Source: the human T2T-CHM13v2.0 reference genome, Homo sapiens
Strand: one strand, 5' to 3'
NCBI RefSeq assembly: GCF_009914755.1
Contig: NC_060926.1
Length of the DNA stretch: 64,000 nt
This document shows positions 1 to 15,179 of this stretch, piece after piece. Below the pieces are notes generated by a model. The model saw only the letters and a program-made list of their open reading frames with translations. It had not been told where the DNA came from and did not search any database. The position numbers were made by a program, and so were the translations under genes. Numbering within the stretch: position 1 is the stretch's first letter; every line of letters starts with the position of its first letter.

Positions 1-120
1 TCTGCATTGTTCAATGCAATAGTCACTGGCCCCATGTGGCTATGAGCACTTATATGTGGTTATTCCAAATTGAGGTGTGTCTTGACTGCCAAATACTCAC
101 CAGACTAAGAAGACATAGTA
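1..120 (+). mobile_element. MER33/MER3-like hAT-Charlie DNA transposon fragment
   Basis: CACTGGCCCCATGTGGCTATGAGCACTT...AATTGAGGTGTG resembles the MER33 consensus. Confidence 0.55.
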
Positions 121-439
121 TAGACAGACAGAACAACCTTCAGTTTCAAGCGCCCTGTGCTGGAATCTTATCTGTGGAAGTTTAGCTGTGTAAAAATCAT
201 CTGACAGCTAGTTAGAAACAGATTATTGGATTCTAGCTCCGTAACTTTTTATTCCCCAGTCTGAAATGAGACCTTGAATTATTTTTTTTGTTTTTAATTT
301 CCCAGGCAAAACTTACGTGCAGCTACGTTTGGAAAACAAGAGTCCTCATCAACCAACCTCGCAGCCAGTTAAGTAAAGATGATAGGGCCCAAAGGCAAAG
401 GAAAGAACCATTTTTTACATCTTTATGAGATAAAACAAA

Positions 440-1130
440 GCCAAATACGACATCATTACACATCCACCAGATTGCCAAAAGTTTAGTGTCACAATACCAA
501 ATGCAGACTACAATGTAGAGCAATGGGATTTCTCATACGTGGTCAACAAGTGCTTTAGAAAAAAATTCAGTATTTTCTTACAGGATTGAAAATAGTCCTA
601 CCCATGACAGAGCACTCCAATACCCATGTGTCTAACATGGGGACTAGGAGAGGCATGTACAAGAATGTTCAATACAATGTTGTTCATAATAGCCAAATGC
701 CAAGGAAAAATAAAACCTTTAACAGCAAAATGGCTAAATATATTCTGGTTTATCTGTACAATGGGAAATCACACAGAACAACGAAGATGAAGAAACTATA
801 ATTTCTAGAAGAATCCATACATCTCAAGTCAATTCAGAGGAATATATATACAACATATAAATGTACTTCACAAAAAGTTCCAAAAAGCAAGCAATAAACC
901 ATACTGTCTGGGAATGCCTACATAATTGACATGAAAATGACAATCACTGAAGTCACTGAAGTGTTTACGTATGAAGGGAGAGAACGGGTTATAATAGTGA
1001 CAGACAACAAGGGATTTTGTGGGCTGGTAATGTTTCTACTTTTTGCCCAGGGTGGTTACACAGATACTGACTTTTAGTTTTTTATTAAACCTTATGTATT
1101 ATTAACAGTAACACTATGTACTGTAATAAA
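440..1130 (+). mobile_element. Old L1M (L1ME-like) 3' region
   Basis: Degenerate L1 3' motifs (ACAAGAATGTTC...TTCATAATAGCCAAA; GGGCTGGTAATGTTTCTA...GGTGGTTACACAG). Confidence 0.6.
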
Positions 1131-1199
1131 TAGACACAAAAAATATGTAATGGCTCTAATGAAACAGAGGTTCACAAAACTGTCCAAAGCAGATACCCT

Positions 1200-1691
1200 G
1201 CTCAAAGAGCTTCACTCGAATAAATGGAAACGCAAAACATTCTTGGATGGGAAGACTCGGAATCATAAAGATGTTACTTTCTCCCTATGTTAATCATTAA
1301 ATTTAAGTCCATACAATAAAAATGTCAATAGGATTTTTAAAAAATAAAATTTGATTTTAAAACTAATATTGAAATATAAACATGTGAGATAGCCAGAAAA
1401 TTTATGACCTTCCTTTCACAGACTAGAACACATTTTTTAGAACCTAGAATGATGAACAGACGAACAGACAGATCAGTGAAATATAACTAGAATTCCAGTG
1501 ATAGATCCAAACACATAATGGGTATTCAGAATATGATAAAGATAATATCTGAAATATTTTGAGTATAACACAAACTTTGGAAACAATAAAAAAAATTAGA
1601 TACAACTTCATCACATAAATATAAAAAATTCCTTCATGGGCAAAACACCATAAACAAAGTCAAAGGACAAACAACAAACTTAAAAGCAATA
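1200..1691 (+). mobile_element. Old L1M ORF2 fragment, left part of the host element interrupted by the L1PA
   Basis: TTCTTGGATGGGAAGACTC...ATCATAAAGATG and CAGATCAGTGAAATATAACTAG are degenerate ORF2 sequence; homology resumes after 7345. Confidence 0.6.
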
Positions 1692-2194
1692 GTAGGCAGT
1701 TCCAAGATGGCCGAATAGGAACAGCTCCAGTCTACAGCTCCCAGAGTGAGTGACGCAGAAGACAGGTGATTTCTGCATTTCCAACTGAGCTCTGAAGAGA
1801 GTAGTGGTTCTTCGAGCACGGAGTTTGAGATCTGAGAACAGACAGACTGCCTCCTCAAGTGGGTCCCTGACCCCCGAGAAGCCTAACTGGGAGGCACCCC
1901 CCAGTAGGGGCAGACTGACACCTCACATGGCCAGGTATCCCTCTGAGACAAAGCTTCCAGAGGAACGATCAGGCAGCAACATTTGCTGTTCAGCAATATT
2001 TGCTGTTCTGCAGCCTCTGCTGCTAATACCCAGGAAAACAGGGTCTGGAGTGGACCTCCAGCAAACTCCAACAGACCTGCAGCTGAGGGTCCTGACTGTT
2101 AGAAGGAAAACTAACAAACAGAAAGGACATCCACACCAAAACCCCATCTGTATGTCACCATCATCAAAGACCAAAGGTAGATAAAACCACAAAG

Positions 2195-3203
2195 ATGGGG
2201 AAAAAACAGAGCAGAAAAGCTGAAAATTCTAAAAATCAGAGTGTCTCTCCCCTTCCAAAGGAATGCAGCTCCTCGCCAGCAATGGAACAAAGCTGGATGG
2301 AGAATGACTTTGACGAGTTGAGAGAAGAAGGCTTCAGACGATCAAACTTCTCTGAGCTAAAGGAGGAAGTTTGAACCCATCACAAAGAAGCTAAAAACCT
2401 TGAAAAAAGATTAGACGAATGGCTAACTAGAATAACCAGTGTAGAGAAGTCCTTAAATGACCTGATGTAGCTGAAAACCATGGCATAAGAACTAGGTGAT
2501 GAATGCACAAGCTTCAGTAGCCAATTCGAACAACTGGAAGAAAGGGTATCAGTGATTGAAGATCAAATGAATGAAATGAAGCGAGAAGAGAACTTTAGAG
2601 AAAAAAGAGTAAAAAGAAACGAAAAAAGCCTCCAAGAAATATGGGACTATGTGAAAAGACCAAATCTACGTCTGACTGGTGTACCTAAAAGTGACGGGGA
2701 GAATGGAACCAAGTGGAAAAACACTCTGCAGGATATTATCCAGAAGAACTTCCCCAACCTAGAAAGGCAGGCCAACATTCAAATTCAGGAAATACTGAGA
2801 ATGCCACTCCTCGAGAAGTGCAACTCCAAGACACATAATTGTAAGATTCACCAAAGTTGAAATTAAGGAAAAAATGTTAAGGGCAGCCAGAGAGAAAGGT
2901 CGGGTTATCCACAAAGGGAAGCCCATCAGACTAACAGCGGATCTCTCGGCAGAAACTCTACAAGCCAGAAGAGAGTGGGGGCCAATATTCAACATTCTTA
3001 AAGAAAAGAATTTTCAACCCAGAATTTCATATCCAGCCAAACTAAGCTTCATAAGTGAAGGAGAAATAAAATACTTTACAGACAAGCAAATGCTGAGAGA
3101 TTTTGTCACTACCAGGCCTGCCCTAAAAGAGCTCCTGAAGGAAGCACTAAACATGGAGAGGAACAACCAGTACCAGCCACTGCAAAAACATGCCAAATTG
3201 TAA
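2195..3203 (+). pseudogene. L1 ORF1p, disrupted
   Basis: ATGGGGAAAAAACAG start. Fragments EIWDYVKRPNLRL and ARREWGPIFNILKEKNFQPRISYPAKLSF...HAKL*. In-frame stops and a frameshift. Confidence 0.92.
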
Positions 3204-3266
3204 AGACCATCGATGCTAGGAAGAAACTGCATTAACAAATGAGCAAAATAACCAGCTAACATCTTA

Positions 3267-7087
<3,821 letters not shown>

Positions 7088-7345
7088 ACAATGAGAACAC
7101 TTGGACACAGGAAGGGGAACATCACACACCGGGGCCTGTCGTGGGGTGGGGGGAGGGGGGAGGGATAGCATTAGGAGATATACCTAATGTAAATGCCGAG
7201 TTAATGGGTGCAGCACACCGACATGGCACATGTATACATATGTAACAAACCTGCACATTGTGCACATGTACCCTAGAACTTAAAGTATAATAAAAATAAA
7301 TAAATAAATAAAAGTAACTCAAGCTAAAAAAAAAAAAAAGCAACA

Positions 7346-7860
7346 ATATAAGTCATATCACCAAGAGCTAATTTCTTTAATCTATCTGAAGCTCCCACAT
7401 ATCAATAATAAAAACAGTATAATAGAAAAGTAGGCAGAGCATAGGCACAGTCAGGTCTCAGAAAAAGAATCACAAATGATTCATTCCTAAGAAAAGATGC
7501 CCAAACCCTATAATACAAGAAACGGAAATTAAAATCAAAGTAAAATAACATTTTCATCTATCAGATAGACTTCAGCAGTATTCTGTACTGTCAAGTGTAT
7601 AAGGAAACAGGCACACTAAACATTGTTGGTGGAAGTATTTAATATATACTGACATAACGTTAATAGTGAACAATTTGGAAATAGGGAAGACGATGTATTT
7701 ACATTTATAAACATGTACTGCAGCACAGTGATAATATCAAAATTGGAAAAGACAGAGACTACTAAAGCATGGTACATGAAGTGAATGGAATGAATGCTCT
7801 CTAGCCATCACAAAGAATGAGGCAGCCCTGTACCAAGTACCAAGTACTAAGATGAAATGA
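7346..7860 (+). mobile_element. Old L1M fragment, right part of the host element
   Basis: Degenerate L1 ORF2 end / 3'UTR motifs (GAAATTAAAATCAAAG...CATTTTCATCTATCAGAT; CATTGTTGGTGGAAGT). Confidence 0.55.
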
Positions 7861-7864
7861 TCTT

Positions 7865-8330
7865 TTAGATACCCCATAGCAGTATACTTTCTCCTTGCTA
7901 AAAGAACCCAGATGTTGTTCAGTAACCAGACCAGGCAGTCATGTGTTTTAAGAAAAGCTAGACTCTTCACTAGTCTCATGGGATGAATAGTGACTGGTCT
8001 CAGCCAATCATCACCAACAACTAATTCTGGGAATGTAACTGTGCTGCAATTCTGTTCAATGAGAAATATGGCTAGGGATTACTGGGAAAGTCTTCCTCAC
8101 TCTTAAAAAGGGATACAACAAAGATACTTGCTTTTCGCCTGTGGACTCTGCCAGGTACGTGAGACACACGGAAGGGGAAAGACACCCGGGAATCATGTGG
8201 CGGGCAGCCTAGGAGAAATAAATAAGAAAGCAGAACAGAAAGATTAAAGAACCCAGGCCTTGATGAGGTTGCTGAGCCACTGAATTAACCAATCCAGAAA
8301 GCATGCTATCTCTGTATTTCCAAGAGGTAA
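7865..8330 (+). mobile_element. MLT1J-like MaLR LTR
   Basis: AGAACCCAGATGTTGTTCAG, GGATGAATAGTGACTGGTCTCAGCCAATCAT, CTGGGAAAG and CCTTGATGAGGTTGCTGAGCCACTGAATTAACC are collinear with the recalled MLT1J consensus. Confidence 0.7.
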
Positions 8331-10579
8331 CAGACGTCTCCAGCGGAATATCTCTGGAAGGATACCCAGTAACTGGAAACAATGGCAGCCTCTGAGGGTG
8401 GAGGATGTGGTAAAAGTGAGACTTATTTTTTCATTATGTACCTATCTCCCTTGATATTTCATGGGCATTTATTATCTACTCCCAAATAGATGATTTTTTA
8501 AAATAATACATGCTTGCTTTCAAATTTCCAAACAAGAAGCTAAGCACCAAAATTTAAGATAGTAATTACCTCATCTCCCTATACTGAATCTGCTCGTTTC
8601 ATCCCACTAAATTTTATGCAATGGCAACCACACCTTAAAGGATGCAAGCATTTTCATCCTAGGCATTTCTAGGCCATTGCCACAGAAAAAGCACTTTTTC
8701 CAAGCATAATGTAAGCAGAAAGTTGGCTCTACCACTTAGAGCCAACTTTAGTAAGGTAATGGAGAATATCTAATCCAAAAGTATAGCCTCCTCACAAACA
8801 ATGAAGATGAATTCAAAGCTACCAACTGGGGAAAGTGCTTTCTATAAACCAACACAAAAATCTACAGATTACCTAGAAAGAATAACACTCTGCACAAAAC
8901 TCAAACTGAAAACATCCAAAAACTGAATTATTTACTGCACTTGTACCTGACCAATGCCACCATCTTACCAAATCTGCCTCGTTTCCTCCTGGATCTCCTA
9001 TTTTACTTAATGGGGTCACTTCTACCCACCTCTTCAACCTAGAAAGTAGAACCTTTATTCATACTTTTTGGGATCCCAAAATACTTTTAAAGTAATTTCT
9101 GTACGTGCTTATATTAAACCGTCACTCACTGGCCTGTGAGTCTGACTTTCCTTTTTGATTGTGAGCTTCTGATGGCTTGGGAACAAATTTTATTCATCTA
9201 TGCATTACTACCAATCCCTGAGTGGAAGGCCTGGCTCTATCTGTGCCTTTCATTCACTGAAAGGAAAATGGGGATGAGCACGTGGGGGCAAGAATCATGC
9301 CTCAAGAGTTTGCTTAAAATCAAGGGGAGCAGACTAATACAACAGCTCATATTTATCTTCCATCTTTCCTAAAGGGAAACATTAATTGCTACAACTAGAA
9401 ACTTTATAACCACAAATGTAAAATAAATACATGAAGCGTAAGGACACATTCTATCAACATTCTGTAAACACTTCTTGTATAGGTACAATGGATGAACACC
9501 ACAGCCATGGTTGTCCCCGCACTCACAAAACTTACAGGCCAGTAAAAGAGGACAATTAAATGAACAATACAAAAAAAAAAAAAAAAACGATGGCCACTAA
9601 GTCTTATGTTAGGCAGAGAAATAGCATCATGAGAACACAAAGTAGAGAGATTTATTTGGCATGCCTCTCTTAAGACTCTTTCTTATCTCCTGAATTATAT
9701 GGCCACTGCCCATTCTAATTCCACCTACACCAAATACACTGGGTTCAGCCAGCAAGAAGCCCTGTTCTGCAGGACAAGCCTGTACATCAGACACAACATC
9801 CTCTCCTCTTCCTCCCCAGACAACAGCACAGAGAACTGCCAATCTACAGCCCAGACATCCATATGTTGTTAAAAACAGCCAGACTCCCAAAGGTTGATTA
9901 ACTCACAAATCCCTAAATATATTCTCAGACCATCATACAAACCAAAAAGCAGTGAGTTTTCCCAAATGCATGGAAACAGAAGCAGAAAGCGAGCGATTTA
10001 ATCAAGGCACCACAGAGATTAAAGGTAGGCACCTACCTACCAGGCTAATAATGAGTGCTTGTCTCATTTTGATCTCTGTCTTAACCAACTATAAAAAATT
10101 CCTATGAACTGAGAAGGAATTTATTTACACTCTCCTATGAAATTAAAAGGTACTAGATTAACTGCATCCACAACTGCTTAACTATGAAGCCTAAGGAAGG
10201 GTTAAACTATGAAGCTTCAGTAGGCGACCTACTGAAATAAATACAAGCCAGATAAAAAATAAGTAAGGCTCAACAACATACACACATCCCAAAGCATCAC
10301 ACAGAACACAGACGCACAGAAAGGATGGGCCTGCTTCCTCTCCAAACACTGTCAAGCTTGCTCTGACAAATGAGAAGCCAAGCAGCCCATCCCTGAACAG
10401 GAAGAAGGGGGATGAATACCAGAACAAGGAAACCCTTCCATAAAGCGCGTTCAGAGCGTGTCTCCCTGTGTGTGCACATCGACACGTTTAATCTCTTAGG
10501 TGGTTACAAATAATACCAGCAAATCAGAAGACCTGCTGAAAGGAAAAAGAAAGTAGTCTAACTTCATAATGACTGCACA

Positions 10580-10990
10580 AGTGAATCTGGTATAGTCATA
10601 CAATAGGATATTACTTACTTAGCAATAAAAAGGAATGAACTATTGACACAGACAACAGCATGGATGAATCTCAAAATAATTATGTGGAGTCCAAGAAGCC
10701 AGAAAGAGAGAAGAGTGCCTACTATATGATTCTATTTAGATGAATTTCTAGAAAACCCAAACTAATCTATAGTGACAAAAAGCTTATCAGTGGTTGCCTG
10801 GGGATGGAGGCCAGGGAGAGGCAGGAGGGAGACGGTACTGAAGGGCACAAGGAAACTGTTGGGGTGTCAGATATGTCTATCATCTTTATTCTGGTAACAG
10901 CCTTATGGGTGGATACCTATGTCAAAACACCAAATTTTACACTTTTACTATGTACAGCTTTGGTGTCACTTATACCTCAATAAAGCTGTT
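10580..10990 (+). mobile_element. L1ME/L1MC 3' end
   Basis: GCAATAAAAAGGAATGAAC...ATGGATGAATCTCAAA...TATACCTCAATAAAGCTGTT. Confidence 0.75.
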
Positions 10991-11379
10991 TAAATTTTTT
11001 TTTAATAAAAATAAGTTCACATTGACCACCACTGGGTTCAACTGAAAACCTTGCAATGTGATTGAGATTACTTTCCCTCTCAGAAGGGTATTTCATTGAA
11101 GTTACATATCACACTTTGTGGACAAGCAATTGTGGAATGAATACAGATGTGGAATACTGAAATGTCTGTATTTCTTCCCCATTCATCCTTTCAATGGCTT
11201 AAAAGAAGCTAGAGCATTTTAGAGAAAATTCTCATCACTTCAAGTTTCTTACAAAGGCTCTTAGAACTCGATGAACATCTAATTTTTGGAAAGGAGGACC
11301 TTAAAGACCATCCTGTCCAACTTTCTCAGTTTAAGGAAGTAAACTGCAGAGCCCACTCCCTAATGGGGAGTTCATCCAG

Positions 11380-12250
11380 TCCTATATGGCTCTGAAGTGA
11401 GCTCTATGTTGCTGACACCTTCCTCTGTCATTTTAGTCTTGACCTCTCTGATGAACTTCAGACATTTATTCGGCTGTCCATTAAACTATCTCACTTGACT
11501 ATCTAATGAGTATCTAAAATTTACTGTGGCCACAAGGGAACTGCTGATTCCCCTCACCACCAACTTCTCCTCCAAGTTGACCCATGTGAGTAACTGCACC
11601 ATCACACTTCAACCAAAACCTTGCAATCAACCTCTGACTGCTCATCTCCTGCCCTCCACAAGGAATCCATGCTTCAGTTCCTTAGCTCTATCTTCAAAGC
11701 ACATCACAAAGCTGGCCCGGACTCTGTCTCCACGGCTGCGATGGCTTCTTATCTGGACAATAGCTCTTTAAGGTCCCCATTTCCTCTCCTGCCTCTACCA
11801 GTCAGTCCCTACACAGCAGCCACAGACATGAGGCCACCAATACCCAGACCCTAAAACATTCTACAGACTGCCATGATTAAAATAAAATCTCCGCTCCTTA
11901 CTCTGCCCTGAAAGACCAAGGCCCCTTCCACCTCTCCAGCCTCATCTCGCACTGTTTCTCTCACTGGCTATATTCCAATATATTGACCGTCTCCAACACA
12001 CTCAACTCACTTCCACCCCAAAGCTGACACTTCCCCACCTCCACACATGGAATGCACACAGATGTTTCACCATTCACAACTCAAATAACATCTTCCAAAG
12101 CTTCACAGACCTTACAATCTAAAGAAGCATCCCCAATCACTTGTCATGGACCCCATGTTACTGACTTTATGGTATTTTTCATTATATAAAATGATCTTGT
12201 AAACAATTTTACTTATTTATTATATTTGCTAATAAAATTTATCTGTTCAC
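11380..12250. mobile_element. L2 LINE fragment
   Basis: Pyrimidine-rich degenerate L2 motifs (GACCTCTCTGATGAACTTCAGAC, CCTACACAGCAGCCACAG, CCACCTCTCCAGCCTCATCTC). Confidence 0.6.
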
Positions 12251-12383
12251 TCATTCATTCCTGCTATGACCATCAGAAGCATTAGCCCAAATAAGAACTG
12301 TGATCCTTTCCTAATTTAACTTGAAAGCATTCCTCTCCAAGTGCCTAGGTCTATGGGGTAAAAGGCATCCACCTGAGTTGAGT

Positions 12384-12616
12384 AATGAGAACACATAGAC
12401 ACAGGGAGGGGAAAAACACACACTGGGGCCAGTCAGGGGGTGGGGAGTGAGCGGAGAGAGAGCATTAGGACAAATAGCTAATGCATCGGAGCCTAAAACC
12501 TAAATGACGGGTTGACAGGTGCAGCAAACTACCATGGCACACGTATACCTATGTAACAAACCCGCACATTCTGCACTTGTATCCCAGAACTTACAGTAAA
12601 ATAAAAATTAAAAAAG
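12384..12616 (+). mobile_element. 5'-truncated L1PA (about L1PA8-11) 3' end
   Basis: AATGAGAACACATAGACACAGGGAGGGG...TGTAACAAACCCGCACATTCTGCAC...A-tail, with degenerate TSD AAAGGCATCCACCT / AAAAGCACCCATCT. Confidence 0.85.
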
Positions 12617-12667
12617 CACCCATCTTAAAAAAAAAAGGTGGTGGGGGGAGGCAGGGGTCTATTTTGA

Positions 12668-12772
12668 ATCCTTTTTTAATTCCTAAGTGTGATGACTGGG
12701 TTTCCACACTCATGTGTGAGATGTGCTTTCCTCAAACCTTTTTTACAACATCAGCACACTACCTATCTGTTA
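12668..12772 (+). pseudogene. U13 (SNORD13) snoRNA retropseudogene
   Basis: ATCCTTTTTTAATTCCTAAGTGTGATGACTGGG...TGTGTGAGATGTGC...ACTACCTATCTG aligns end to end with the recalled U13 sequence. Box C (GTGATGA) is intact, box D reads CTGT. A-rich 3' flank; antisense to MBOAT2. Confidence 0.85.
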
Positions 12773-14434
12773 TTTAAAAATAAAGGTCAATTTCAACAGT
12801 GCTACTAATTTTCAAGTCTTCAAATTATGCTTCTAAAGAACAAAAAAACTCCTCTACTGGCCTGCCTCATTATCATCAGATTTCCATTAGATACAATGTC
12901 AGCTTATCAACTTATGGATATGTTGACTTGATTTTGAAATTATACTGCTTCCCACTAAAATAGTACACTTTTCAAGAAGGATCAGGTCAATATAAAAAGT
13001 ACTAACTTTTAATGATTAGATTGGGATCAGTGGTATCTTGCCTTTGGGATATTTAACCAATAATCACTTACATAATACACTATCTAAATGAACCAATTTA
13101 GGCATTTTTAATTTATTTTTCTTTTTTAGAGTTTTAAAGTTTCCAGACATTGCTACCAAAGAAAATCGCAATAGATTATTTTGCCTCAATGTCACACATG
13201 ATGAATGATTTTCTAGGAAATCGTTAAAATAATCACTGGGATGTGCATTTTATAAGGACCGTGATTCTTATCTGTTTTGTTCATTGTATCCCCCAGCACC
13301 TAGTCCCACCACATTTATCAGCTTAACAAGTATGTGTTGTTAAGATACTTGCAAGCTCATGTTTCCTTTTATTTTATGCAGATCATTGTATTATTCCAAA
13401 TTTAGGGGGTACTGCCAATATGTGTAATCTCTTCTTGCTATTGCTTGATGCCATTATAATATTAAGCATGAGTTTAACAGCAATTCTAAATCACACGTTT
13501 TTGACTTCCAAACTATACAGCGACATGTGGCAAATCGATGGCAAGAGATCAACATAGATTCTTACATAAGGTGTGATCAACAAAGATTCTTTCATGTTGT
13601 GCTGACAACGCAAGACTCAACATGGAGTCCTGATACGCAGACTCCACTACTAATACGCCTAACAATAGTGTCTCTTTAGGGCTAGGGAGAAAGCCGCAGA
13701 TGGAAAACCATCTGTGCATCCCAGACTATGGACTGCCAGAATATCACATTTTATACCAACCCCAAGGTGAATGTTAAATAGCCCTACACAGCTGATAAAG
13801 GTCACCATAATTAAGTAGTCAAAGGCAGCAATTGTGAATCATAGAAAAGTAGCTCAGTTTTGGTATGCTGCAAGTAATTTATACAAATGAAAATTAAAGT
13901 AGTCAAGTTTGTGAACAATTTAATAAAGATTATTCCTGAAATATTACTCTTGCCCTCACATTTCTAAGAAAAACAGCAGTAGAGATGCAACTAGGTTGTG
14001 GGAACTACATATAACACAGTGAACACAGTGGGAATGTGTGCCACAGGAATGCACCTACCACATCACAGCAGGCTGACAACAGCGGATCTGAGGCAAGCAA
14101 CTCAACACCACCCAATCAACCCTAAAGACAAATCCCTGTTCTAGCCCTGACCAAGTAACCTCTGGCATTTACAACCTCTTTATACCATAGTTTCTTAATA
14201 AGAAAATAAGAATAATCCCTATCTGCACTTGTAGATTATGAGGTTTATAAAGAAAAAGAAAAACAAGCAAACATCCACTTCTGGTCCTTTGAGTGACATG
14301 GTCTGCCTACCTGGCCACCTAGACTGAGGTGGAAAAGGTTCAGAGCCCACTGGGAGAGGTCCAATACAAGGCAACAAAAACAAGTAAACAGGCAACTGTT
14401 CAAAAAACAAAACAACCTTTTTATAAAATATTAT

Positions 14435-15130
14435 GCACTATACCACTTCACATCCACCAAGATGCCTACAATCAAAAAGATCGTTAAGTGTTGACAAGAA
14501 TGTGGAGAAGCTGGAACTCCCACACACTGCTGATGGGAATATAAAATAGTACAACCACTTTGGAAAACAGTTCCTCAAAATGTGAGACATGGTTATCATA
14601 TGATCCAGCAATTCCACTCCTAGGTATATACACAAGATAACTGAAAACTTAAATCTACACAAAAACTTCTACAAAAATGTTCACAGCAGCATTATTCATA
14701 ATAGCCAAAATGTGAAAACACCCTAAATGTCCATCAACAGATGCATAAATAAAATGTGGCATATCCATATAATGAAATATTATTTGGCAATAAAAAATGC
14801 ACACTGATATGCAAAGATAGATAAACCTTGAAAATATTATAATGAAAGAAGCCAGATACAAAAGACCACATATTGTATGATTCCACTTACACGAAACAGG
14901 CAAACCTACAGAGATCGAAAGTAGACGAGTGGCTGCTTAGGGCTGAGGGATTTGGGGAAATGGGGAGTGACTGCTAATGGTACAAGGCTTCTTTTTGTAA
15001 TGAAAATGTTCCAGGTTAGACAGCAGTGATAGTTGCATGGCTCTGAGTACATTAAAACCATTGAATTGTACACTTTAAATGGGTGAGTTGTATGGTACAT
15101 GAACTGTATCTTGATAAAGCTATTAAAATA
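14435..15130 (+). mobile_element. L1MB-type 3' end
   Basis: CATATGATCCAGCAATTCCACTCCTAGGTATATAC...TTGAATTGTACACTTTAAATGGGTGA...TAAAGCT. Confidence 0.85.
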
Positions 15131-15179
15131 TACTGTGCATTATCTTTACATAATAATTATAGCTTTCAGCCATCAAATA

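Noticed and set aside
7143-7165. G-quadruplex-forming G-tract
   Set aside because: Normal conserved feature of L1PA 3'UTRs, not specific to this locus.
9728-9843. Exon-like open stretch on minus (LAVLCAVVWGG...PSVFG)
   Set aside because: The acceptor lacks a pyrimidine tract (GGGCTGTAG) and the donor GGT|GTAGGT is weak.
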